IMG/VR virus record: IMGVR_UViG_3300014205_006828
Coordinates: 1-64,000 of that record
Source: a virus
Taxonomy: Duplodnaviria > Heunggongvirae > Uroviricota > Caudoviricetes
DNA length: 64,000 bases
Strand: one strand, 5' to 3'
The translations under genes were made by a program, and so were the position numbers. Of the stretch, positions 56,094-64,000 are shown in pieces. Each line of letters opens with the position of its first letter. Within the stretch, counting starts at the first letter, position 1. The notes beneath the pieces are model-generated. The model had not been told where the DNA came from and made no database searches. It worked only from the letters and a program-made list of their open reading frames with translations.

Positions 56094-56214
56094 TGATCCT
56101 CAAAAATAGCCATAGTCTCATGGATATGGCAGATTATGTATATCCAAAACAGAATGGTTAAACAAAATAACCCCGGAAGTTTTACTTCCGGGGTTATTCG
56201 TGGCTGTTCAAAGA

Positions 56215-56541
56215 TTATTCTGCAGGAAATAATGTTTGGATCTGCTTTTGAGTTACCTTATTCGGATTGATTCGGTAGTAGAATGTGCGTTTACTGGTCT
56301 TACGAGACAGGTCTGTTGAGCTTTTACACTCCACTTTGAAGCTACCAAACTCATCCTTGCGCAGATCGCGAACGCGAGCTGTGGCGGATGGGATACGGCT
56401 CAAGCTGGAACGTGGGAGCCATTCGCCGTCTGCGGATAGCAAACGAATACCAACGCGCTGGGTATTATTGGTGATCTTCTTCTGAGCTGCCTGAATTGTT
56501 GTTTTCAATGTCTTCATTTTGTCTTCCTTGTTGTGTAACAA
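56215..56541 (-). CDS. Hypothetical basic protein
   Basis: 108-aa ORF. Confidence 0.3.
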   Translation of the reverse strand: MLHNKEDKMKTLKTTIQAAQKKITNNTQRVGIRLLSADGEWLPRSSLSRIPSATARVRDLRKDEFGSFKVECKSSTDLSRKTSKRTFYYRINPNKVTQKQIQTLFPAE

Positions 56542-56781
56542 TTGGCCCTGATACAGATTTCACGGCCTCTATCAATTTTACCAATGGTATCTCAGCCGAG
56601 TTTACTAGCAACTCCAGATGATTATCTGGCTTCCTGGCAGCGACCATGACATGAACATGTTGTGCTTTCTTGGAGCGCTGAAGTTCTAAATAGCCACCAT
56701 CATCGAAGGATATTCGCATTCTCGGCCTGTCTCGATTTAGTTAGTTGCCACTAAAAACCGTTACTTATTAGTCGCTCGACC

Positions 56782-57591
56782 TCAATATTCTCTAGCACTT
56801 ATACCATGATCAGTGATAATGTGCCGATTACCATCTTCATCAAGAGTAATGGTGTGTTCGAAATGACATCCGATATCATGAGTTATCACTGTCCATTTAT
56901 CAGTGAGGGTTTTTGTCTTGACATTCTTCCCAAGCACAAACATAGGTTCAATAGCAATCGACATTCCGGGCTGCATCGTTACCCCATCATTTACTGATGA
57001 CTTGTTTGGAACAAATGGATCAGCGTGCAGTTTGTTATGCTCTATTCCATGACCTCCAAATTCAATCACCACACCAAACCCATCGCTCTTTGATCTGTCG
57101 AAGATCGCTCTACCAATCTCGCCTATTCGACGCCCAGGTTCAACTAGTGCAATAGCATCATACAATGCATCTTGGCAAGAAATCAATAACCGCAATATCT
57201 CTGGGTTCTTTGGCTTTCCATATATGTATGTTACGGCACAATCTCCAATAGCGCCTTCGAAGGTTGCTCCGATATCAACCTTAAGAACATCACCATCCTT
57301 CAATTGGATATTTCTGCTTCCCATCCCATGAACCAATTCGGTATTAAGTGAAGCACAGATAGAACTGGGAAATCCTCGATAATTAAGAAATGTAGGAGTA
57401 CAGTTGTTTTGTCTTATTAGGTCATCAACCATACTATTTAGTTTGGAAAGCGTAAGGTTGCTGGCCATACCTTTGAACATAGCGTAAATCTCTTGATGAG
57501 CTTTACCTACGACACGACCAGCAATCTTCTGCCGCCCAATCCAATCCTTATCCTTGAGAACAATGATTTCGCTTTTACTTGGTAGTGCCAT
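56782..57591 (-). CDS. map: Methionine aminopeptidase, type I
   Basis: MetAP-I pita-bread fold. Metal-site residues follow the expected MetAP-I order (H..VHGMG, DGDVLKVDIGATFEGAIGDCAVTY, GGHGIEH, SIAIEPMF). Confidence 0.75.
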   Translation of the reverse strand: MALPSKSEIIVLKDKDWIGRQKIAGRVVGKAHQEIYAMFKGMASNLTLSKLNSMVDDLIRQNNCTPTFLNYRGFPSSICASLNTELVHGMGSRNIQLKDGDVLKVDIGATFEGAIGDCAVTYIYGKPKNPEILRLLISCQDALYDAIALVEPGRRIGEIGRAIFDRSKSDGFGVVIEFGGHGIEHNKLHADPFVPNKSSVNDGVTMQPGMSIAIEPMFVLGKNVKTKTLTDKWTVITHDIGCHFEHTITLDEDGNRHIITDHGISAREY

Positions 57592-58054
57592 CTTTAGGCT
57601 TCCGCTTATTGCTACGCCCTTCCTTCTTCAGCTGCTCTTTCTGAGCCCGCACACGCTCAGCAATCAATGCCAATTCTGCCGCCTCTGAATCTTCTGTGGC
57701 TTCTACAGGCTCTGTTTCTGGGGCAACACTTTGTTCGGTATCATCATGGTGGTCTAGAGATGTGTCAGCTTCTTCCCAAACCCCCTTTGGAGAATATAGA
57801 TCTTGCGTCACATTTTCTACGGATTGAAGAAAAACAATATCTGATGATTTAATACGTTGCGGAGCGATGACAGGCTGACTAAACAGACCTTCGACATCCG
57901 CATCCCTTAATGCTGCTATAAATTTCTTATCTAACTTAACCCTAGCTTCATTAAGAGGACGAACGTCATCCTTGCTACAAACGCTCTTATCATTCATTAC
58001 TATGGAAATGTGATTTCGCACAGCAACAAGATCTGCTAGATCAGAGATCTTCAT
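57575..58054 (-). CDS. Hypothetical protein with an acidic and a basic tail
   Basis: 159-aa ORF. Confidence 0.35.
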   Translation of the reverse strand: MKISDLADLVAVRNHISIVMNDKSVCSKDDVRPLNEARVKLDKKFIAALRDADVEGLFSQPVIAPQRIKSSDIVFLQSVENVTQDLYSPKGVWEEADTSLDHHDDTEQSVAPETEPVEATEDSEAAELALIAERVRAQKEQLKKEGRSNKRKPKDGTTK

Positions 58055-58383
58055 CCTTCGGTCTCCGGCTCTGCTGGTTTCTTTCCTCGGCGCTTGCTTA
58101 CTCTCGGCGGTGGATCTTGATCTGGCTCCCCGGCGACCACAGTCTCTGTTGGAGCAGCTGTCTCATCAGGCCACGCAATAACTCCATTAGAAATATCAAC
58201 CCGACAATTGGCATCTAGATTCTTGGCCAAATACAACTGTTGAATTTGAACCTTGAACTCCAGCTCTGCCAAGCGAGCATCTTTCAATGCCTTATCGGCG
58301 TTTTGAGCAGCTTCCACTGCCTTTCCTCGGGCCTGGACAACTGGTTCCAATTCTTCTTTACTGATCTGCGTTACTCTTGCCAT
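58051..58383 (-). CDS. Hypothetical coiled-coil protein
   Basis: 110-aa ORF. Confidence 0.35.
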   Translation of the reverse strand: MARVTQISKEELEPVVQARGKAVEAAQNADKALKDARLAELEFKVQIQQLYLAKNLDANCRVDISNGVIAWPDETAAPTETVVAGEPDQDPPPRVSKRRGKKPAEPETEG

Positions 58384-58397
58384 TCTATTCTCCTTAG

Positions 58398-58766
58398 TTA
58401 CTCTTTGGTATCAAATACGCTCCAGGTATTTATCACCATCTCAAAGAAATGTCGCTTGCTCAGGGTTCTCGCCTTATTATCTTCTCGCAAGATAAATTTT
58501 GGTTTGTTCCATTTACCAAGCTGAGTGTCATTATGATAGATTGTAAATGCCCTATCTCCATCATCAATGATTTCTATCTCTAATTTACCTAACAAATCCC
58601 GAAGTAGGCATTTCTGTTTTACCGTCAATAATATATCAGGCCAAACGTCATCTAACGGAACTCCGACTTGTTCAAGGACGCCTTTCAGAAAAAGGTTTCT
58701 TTCTTCCTCTTCGACTGATTTGGCGTCCTCTCTATCTAGGTAAACTGATCTGTACATTAACCACAC
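58398..58766 (-). CDS. Hypothetical protein
   Basis: 122-aa ORF. Confidence 0.35.
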   Translation of the reverse strand: MWLMYRSVYLDREDAKSVEEEERNLFLKGVLEQVGVPLDDVWPDILLTVKQKCLLRDLLGKLEIEIIDDGDRAFTIYHNDTQLGKWNKPKFILREDNKARTLSKRHFFEMVINTWSVFDTKE

Positions 58767-61700
58767 TTACCATAATTACAATCAACACAAGTAAAACACG
58801 GATCTAGTTTTATATTTTTACCGCCACATTCTGGACAAATATTATCAACCTTATTATCAGATAAATATTTCTTCAAAATCCTTGCTAGTACTTTATTAAT
58901 GTCAGTAACATAACCGTCTTTGCTTAGTTGATCACATATAAAGCGAATTGGAACAGAGTGGCGCAGTGACATTGAAATCAATCTAGTAGCCCAAGCCGAA
59001 GATGCGTCATCGAGCATATCCACGATATTTCCCGTTCCATTAACGGAGAGTATTTCGCCATTAATTTCAAGGCAATATTCCCCGCGCTTCCTCTTTACAA
59101 TCTTGCCGGTTTGGCCATTTTTGACATCCAGATTCTCGGCCGGACCAGCAAAAACTTCGTATGGTTTATTATCATGTAATCCAATAATAACAGCCCACTT
59201 TACACCATCAACCTTAGCCGTATGAATATTACAAGGCAATTCTTTTGGTCTCTTTGGTGCCTCGCGTTCCTTAGGCTTATCATCTACAGCCTCCAGAACA
59301 GCCGTCATTGTTCCATTGCGGTATGTGGTAACACCCTTTATACCAGACTTCCAAGCATCAAAGTATATATCCTTAAATGAGTCATATGGATAATCATTTG
59401 GAAGATTTATTGTTTTACTACTATTCATATCGACATATCTAGCGATAGCTTTTAACATGTCGATATGTTCGGAATGAGATAGTTCTTCGGAAGTGGCTAA
59501 TAACCCAAGATTTTTGCGGCGATCTATCTCTTCTTGACTAAAATGCTCTTTAATAAACAACCAGGCCCAATCCTGCACAACGCTCTTTTTGGTAAGGCCG
59601 CGATTCTTATCAACCTGATATTGAGACCCATTAAATTCTCCAATTAGGATATCGTCTGTACCAGCCTTTGACTTTTTTAACAACTCAGTCTCAAACCACT
59701 CTCCCTTAAAAACATCCGGAAAGTTGAACCCGCTCTTGCGAAGATCTGCCCGATCTCCCTCTGGTACAATTGCCCATCTGGCGTATTCTAGATTGAACAT
59801 AGGCTCAATACCACCAGACAATACTCCTGCGTAAATGCTCATATTGCCGGTTGGGGCATTTGCTGAGCGATGAGAATTTCTCATATACCCAATATCCTCT
59901 ACTTCGCGCTTTACTTTTTCGGATATTGGTAGTGTTTTCCACCAATACGAATTAAAATATTTCAGCTTATCAAATAATGGGAACGAACCCTTTTCTTGGC
60001 CAATTCGTGCAGACGCTAGGATCTCAGTTTCGGCCTTTGTCTTAAATATCTTGGTCACTAACTCAATAGACTCTTTTGATCCGTATCTCAATCCCAAAAT
60101 TGCCAGCAATGAACCAAGCCCAACAACACCAATACCAATTCGGCGCTTCTCTACCATTGAGATCTTATAATCATCAAGAGGAACGCGAGAAATATCATTA
60201 ATGTTATCAGAAAATCTGACGGCTATTTCAGAAGCTCGTTTAAATGTCTCAAAATCAAACTCAAAACCATCATCTGTTTCTTTGAGATACTTTACTAAAT
60301 TCAAAGACAACAACAGACACACCCCGGTTGACATAGACACCTCTCCGCATGGATTGGTTGTCACTATATTTTCTGCATACCCCAACGGGTTGTATTTGTT
60401 AGCGATATCTAAAAACAACACTCCTGGGTCATTTCTATTGTAGGTTGACTTCATGATATTGTCCCACAAATCACGAGCCTTGACAGTCTTGTATACTACA
60501 ATTGGTAAACCCCTAGATTTCCAATCTTCAATATCACCAGCCCATACTTGTTTATGCTCTGGAACATGAGTATTAGGAAATACCAAATCCCAATCTGTAT
60601 TGTTTTCGACAGCCTCCATAAATCCTCGGCAGATACCAACCGAAATATTAAACTTTGAAAGGCGTCCAGCAGTTTGCTTGGCAACAATAAAATCTTCAAT
60701 CTCTGGGTGCCAGCAATTGTGAATAAATACACCATTAGCTACAAAATTATGAAAATCAGGCACTGACATGTCAAAGACTTCTTCTTCACCATAATCTTCG
60801 ACAGTTATTACTTTATGATTTGTATCATCTGCTAGTTTTTGACTGAACTGATTCTTGAATCCATTCTGATAGTGATTTTTATATTCAACAGACCCTTTAT
60901 TCCATGGAACATTGGTTCCGTTTGATCTTCTAGATGCTATTCTCTTTTCTTGAATCAACCTAGATTTTTTTTCACCATACCATTCAATATCACTCTTCCC
61001 TTTTCTTGACTCTGCCAAATCCCTTTGATATTTTCTCAATACAAAATCATTAGATCTTCCATGTTCTTTGGCATGTTCAGATCGTGTTAATAATTCTATA
61101 TTATCAATGGAATTATTTGTTGTGTTACAATCTATATGATGAAGTTCTTCACTCTCTGGCAAAAACGCTCCATTGGCAATTTTACTTAAAGGATATCGCC
61201 CATATTTTAATTCGGCGACAGCTACATGTTCTGGTATACATTTTCTATACCCAGTAATTCCTAATTGTAAGTATTTGTTATAAATTCTCTTCCTAAGAGC
61301 AGAGATAGAATCTCCAAATACCAGTTTCCCAGCTTCTTTGTAAGAACCATTTGATAATAATATTTTATGATCTGGTGTGCAAATTATAAAGTCATCGTTA
61401 TCAAAGAAAACTTTGATAACTTTCCTTTTGCCATTACTCCATATTTTTGATGCTTGTCGTACAAAAACATTTCCTTTACAATCCGTGCAATAAACATATG
61501 GCGTCTTTCCAACCAAATCTTTAATAGACACTCTTCCGTTGATTGTAGAAATTAAAGAACTTCCAGCAATACACTCCAGAATGCCCATCTGAGCACCCTT
61601 GCGAATTTTCTTTTTTTCATCTGCTTTTTTACCAGATGACTTCTCCGAGCCCATTGTAATAACTTCTGAAGATTTATCCCAAAGTTCCATAAACTTCAAG

Positions 61701-62140
61701 ACGCCCGGAGTTCTACCACCAATGCCACTAACATACGAACCAGATGGACGAATCCAGGAAAAATTCATTCCATATCCGCCTTCGGATTTTAGAGTTAGTG
61801 CCTGTGCTTTAAGCATATCATAAATACCACTCAACGAGTCTGGATCTTGGTATTTTATATCTGAAGGATTATGTACAAAACAATTCATCAAACTAGTAGC
61901 TTCGCGTCCAGTCACGCCAAGATTTGCAGTAATTCTACCGCCAGCAATACCTTTGAAATCAGTCAGTAACCACAGAAAATCTTTGTATACCTTTTCTCTA
62001 ATATCTTCGCTTTCAATTTCGGAGCAAGCTTTAGCTTGCCTCTCCCAAGTATCAGCTAACGAACTTTCTCCTGGGGCTCTGTAATTATCGTTCCAAACTT
62101 CATCTGAGATATTCTGTCTAATTACCATGTTATTCCTCAA
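58757..62140 (-). CDS. Ribonucleotide reductase large subunit (likely class II NrdJ-type) interrupted by a 286-aa HNH intein
   Basis: Exteins: ..SLMNCFVHN.., KGAQMGILE | CWHPEIEDFI (RRGA....L...HPDI..F motif), TTNPCGEVSMS (NPCGE active site), and a C-terminal CxxC...CxxC tail. The insert begins with Cys, ends ..FIHN|C, and contains an HNH core (ELHHIDCNTTNNSIDNIELLTRSEHAKEH). Confidence 0.8.
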   Translation of the reverse strand: MRNNMVIRQNISDEVWNDNYRAPGESSLADTWERQAKACSEIESEDIREKVYKDFLWLLTDFKGIAGGRITANLGVTGREATSLMNCFVHNPSDIKYQDPDSLSGIYDMLKAQALTLKSEGGYGMNFSWIRPSGSYVSGIGGRTPGVLKFMELWDKSSEVITMGSEKSSGKKADEKKKIRKGAQMGILECIAGSSLISTINGRVSIKDLVGKTPYVYCTDCKGNVFVRQASKIWSNGKRKVIKVFFDNDDFIICTPDHKILLSNGSYKEAGKLVFGDSISALRKRIYNKYLQLGITGYRKCIPEHVAVAELKYGRYPLSKIANGAFLPESEELHHIDCNTTNNSIDNIELLTRSEHAKEHGRSNDFVLRKYQRDLAESRKGKSDIEWYGEKKSRLIQEKRIASRRSNGTNVPWNKGSVEYKNHYQNGFKNQFSQKLADDTNHKVITVEDYGEEEVFDMSVPDFHNFVANGVFIHNCWHPEIEDFIVAKQTAGRLSKFNISVGICRGFMEAVENNTDWDLVFPNTHVPEHKQVWAGDIEDWKSRGLPIVVYKTVKARDLWDNIMKSTYNRNDPGVLFLDIANKYNPLGYAENIVTTNPCGEVSMSTGVCLLLSLNLVKYLKETDDGFEFDFETFKRASEIAVRFSDNINDISRVPLDDYKISMVEKRRIGIGVVGLGSLLAILGLRYGSKESIELVTKIFKTKAETEILASARIGQEKGSFPLFDKLKYFNSYWWKTLPISEKVKREVEDIGYMRNSHRSANAPTGNMSIYAGVLSGGIEPMFNLEYARWAIVPEGDRADLRKSGFNFPDVFKGEWFETELLKKSKAGTDDILIGEFNGSQYQVDKNRGLTKKSVVQDWAWLFIKEHFSQEEIDRRKNLGLLATSEELSHSEHIDMLKAIARYVDMNSSKTINLPNDYPYDSFKDIYFDAWKSGIKGVTTYRNGTMTAVLEAVDDKPKEREAPKRPKELPCNIHTAKVDGVKWAVIIGLHDNKPYEVFAGPAENLDVKNGQTGKIVKRKRGEYCLEINGEILSVNGTGNIVDMLDDASSAWATRLISMSLRHSVPIRFICDQLSKDGYVTDINKVLARILKKYLSDNKVDNICPECGGKNIKLDPCFTCVDCNYGKCG
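60716..61573 (-). mobile_element. HNH-containing intein in the ribonucleotide reductase gene
   Basis: Junctions MGILE/CIAGSS... and ...GVFIHN/CWHPEI. Codon positions were verified. Confidence 0.7.
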
Positions 62141-62787
62141 AACAAGTCTACTAATTCTCGTCTCAACGTCTTTTTAGCTTCGGTAAGTAGCTTGATACAA
62201 CTCATTCGGGAAATATTCAGCCTATCGCAAATCTTTCCGATAGAATAAAGGTCCCGGCGATTATCGGATCCGCCACCCAGTTCGTAATGTAAGGTTATTA
62301 CCCTACGCTGATCCTCAGGAAGCTTTTCAACTGCACTTCGAATCAAAATCACCGCTTCATCATTCGCGATACGATCGAGAGCGCTTGGCTCTCCATCAAT
62401 AATAATCGGCAGCTGTGAAACTTTGTAAGGCTGTACTAGCTTGGCGTGCTTCAGAGGTATCTTGATAGTGGAATGACGATTCGCCTCTCGACTAATCTTT
62501 GTTTTAATGTACTTATTACACCACCAATAAAAATCACCCTTATTAGGATTATATGTTTGTAGTGCTCTGCACAGTGCAATTTTTCCATCTTGACAAAGAT
62601 CTTCGTAGTTAGCGAAACCTCTATATTTTTTTGTTCTTGAATCAACAATATGAGAAAACATCATAATACAGTCTGATTCTACTTTTTTGTATTCAAGTTG
62701 ATTCTTTTTATTTTGCTTTAGCTTATACTTCTCGCGCAATGTAACTAACTTTTCAAGAAGCATCCTTTCATGATTTTCATTTTCCAA
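62137..62787 (-). CDS. Sigma-70 family RNA polymerase sigma factor (regions 2 and 4 recognisable)
   Basis: Region 2: DLCQDGKIALCRALQTYNPNKGDFYWWCNKYIKTKISR (compare DLIQEGNIGLMKAV.KFDP.KGFRFSTYATWWIRQAITR). Region 4 HTH: ..DLYSIGKICDRLNISRMSCIKLLTEAKKTLRRE. Confidence 0.6.
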   Translation of the reverse strand: MENENHERMLLEKLVTLREKYKLKQNKKNQLEYKKVESDCIMMFSHIVDSRTKKYRGFANYEDLCQDGKIALCRALQTYNPNKGDFYWWCNKYIKTKISREANRHSTIKIPLKHAKLVQPYKVSQLPIIIDGEPSALDRIANDEAVILIRSAVEKLPEDQRRVITLHYELGGGSDNRRDLYSIGKICDRLNISRMSCIKLLTEAKKTLRRELVDLF

Positions 62788-62823
62788 AATTCTCCTATAT
62801 TGTTTATGTGAACGAAATCTTTC

Positions 62824-63084
62824 TCATTTACTTCCATACAAAGTACGAGCAAGTTTTTCATCTGTCCTAGCTTGACGAGCCAAGTCTTTCCCTTCTTTCC
62901 AAAGTTTCTGTACAAGTTCTCGACCGGTTAATTCAACATTAGCCGAAACATTACAAGATATTAATCTCTTCACTTGTCCTTCTACATTACAATTAGGACA
63001 TACAGTTGGGACTGCGGCATGTATACTGTATATATCTTCAAACTCTTGATTACAGGCATTGCAAATGTGCAGATATGTTGGCAT
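62824..63084 (-). CDS. FmdB-family zinc-ribbon protein
   Basis: MPTYLHICNACNQEFEDIYSIHAAVPTVCPNCN matches the FmdB pattern (MPiYeY.C..Cg..FE........ap...CP.CG). Confidence 0.45.
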   Translation of the reverse strand: MPTYLHICNACNQEFEDIYSIHAAVPTVCPNCNVEGQVKRLISCNVSANVELTGRELVQKLWKEGKDLARQARTDEKLARTLYGSK

Positions 63085-63264
63085 TTTATCTCCTATGTTC
63101 TATTAGGTCTCTTCCTAGAACTTTCAATTCAACATCAGCGTTCCAATTCTCTCGAATTCTTTGTTTAAATGACTCATCAATAACTCTGAATACCAAATAC
63201 AAGTCGCCAGTAATTGGATCAACTTCCATTCTTACAGCTCTTGCAACGGTATCATGAGTATCCA

Positions 63265-64000
63265 TTAACTATCCTTTTTATTCTTTGCCTCTTGAATTGA
63301 TCTAATCAAATCAGGTATATTAGCAGATACATCTCCAGGAAGATCTCTCTGATCATATGGAACATCGATAAGAGACGCATTGGCAAAGTTCTTGATTAAA
63401 TGTCCTTGCCCCAATGGTCCTTTGCGATTTTTGACTACATGAATCCTTAGATCTGGGAAACTCATTTCGTTTTGTCGAGTCTCAATCTGAATTCCAAGAT
63501 TGACGTGATGCATAATCAATGAGGAACGCCCCCATCGATGCATGCCAACAGCACGATTCTCTTCGCTCTTAGAATTTCCAGAACTACGTTTCAGATCTGT
63601 TAGCTGTGCGGCAGTTAAGATAACATTATCATACGCTCTGCCGAACTCATGAAGAGATGCCGCAATGCCACCAAGCTTTAACCAATCCTGCTCCTTTGCG
63701 AGCGTTGTGCTGTGCATCAAACCCATATAATCGATAACGACCACATCTGGACGATACCGAAGCATTGCATCATGATATCGAAGCTCAACCTCCTCAATTG
63801 TGAGATTGCGTGGTACATCTACTATGTCGAAATAATACCCACTATCTTGATATGCCCTGATGAATTCCTTGGCTTTTTCGACTCTCAGCTCCTCTTCGTG
63901 AGAAAGCGTTGACTTAGCCAAACCGCGCTGTGGAACGTTTGCCAAGCTGGCAAGAAATCGGATAAAGCAGTCTTCATAAGGCATCTCTAAAGAGAAATAG
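63265..64000 (-). CDS. dnaB: DnaB-family replicative DNA helicase, C-terminal RecA-like domain. The 5' part lies beyond the window end
   Basis: The frame is open to the window edge (..YFSLEMPYED.. = DnaB FSLEM motif). Walker B DVVVIDYMGLM, ILTAAQL (SQLNR-equivalent), Arg-finger IHVVKNRKGPLG. Confidence 0.75.
   Translation of the reverse strand, partial: YFSLEMPYEDCFIRFLASLANVPQRGLAKSTLSHEEELRVEKAKEFIRAYQDSGYYFDIVDVPRNLTIEEVELRYHDAMLRYRPDVVVIDYMGLMHSTTLAKEQDWLKLGGIAASLHEFGRAYDNVILTAAQLTDLKRSSGNSKSEENRAVGMHRWGRSSLIMHHVNLGIQIETRQNEMSFPDLRIHVVKNRKGPLGQGHLIKNFANASLIDVPYDQRDLPGDVSANIPDLIRSIQEAKNKKDS

Noticed and set aside
1-64000. CRISPR arrays, rRNA genes, integrase/attachment sites
   Set aside because: No direct-repeat/spacer periodicity, no rRNA-like conserved segments and no tyrosine/serine recombinase signature were seen. 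tRNA genes are present but none is obviously split by an integration event.

Overview
This 64 kb window is densely packed on both strands. Its content is most consistent with a very large (jumbo) bacteriophage or phage-like element infecting a bacterium, using the standard genetic code.

Basis for this reading:
- Shine-Dalgarno sites (AGGAG) precede many starts.
- Two sigma70-type promoters with extended -10 elements are visible (TGaTATAAT at 10554-10562).
- One ORF encodes a sigma-70-family factor.
- Two LAGLIDADG/HNH inteins interrupt nucleotide-metabolism genes: a GMP-reductase/IMPDH-like gene and a ribonucleotide reductase.
- There are free-standing HNH endonucleases, two DEDDh exonucleases and a DnaB-type helicase that runs off the window end.
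- Many ORFs have no recognisable family.
- A translation-support set is present: about 14 tRNA genes (including Ser and Thr isoacceptor clusters), IF-1, a class-II CCA-adding enzyme, methionine aminopeptidase, GroES and a small alarmone (ppGpp) hydrolase.

The standout feature is a full-length major vault protein (MVP) homolog at 5528-8176, preceded by a bacterial-type RBS, immediately downstream of a degraded IS605-family TnpB remnant and followed by a strong hairpin terminator.

Other notable blocks:
- An NAD/ADP-ribose-related gene block on the minus strand (macro domain, NADAR-like, NadE-like PP-loop, ATP-grasp), with an NAD kinase elsewhere in the window.
- A GT51 peptidoglycan-glycosyltransferase-domain protein.
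- Three glycosyltransferases near Ser/Thr-rich putative virion fibre proteins.
- A radical-SAM enzyme, a Dps/ferritin-like protein and a vWA protein.
- An in-frame TGA separating two protein-like ORF segments, with a downstream hairpin.

No CRISPR array or rRNA was seen. All functional calls come from motif and fold recognition by eye, with no database searches run. Start coordinates of many CDS are approximate.
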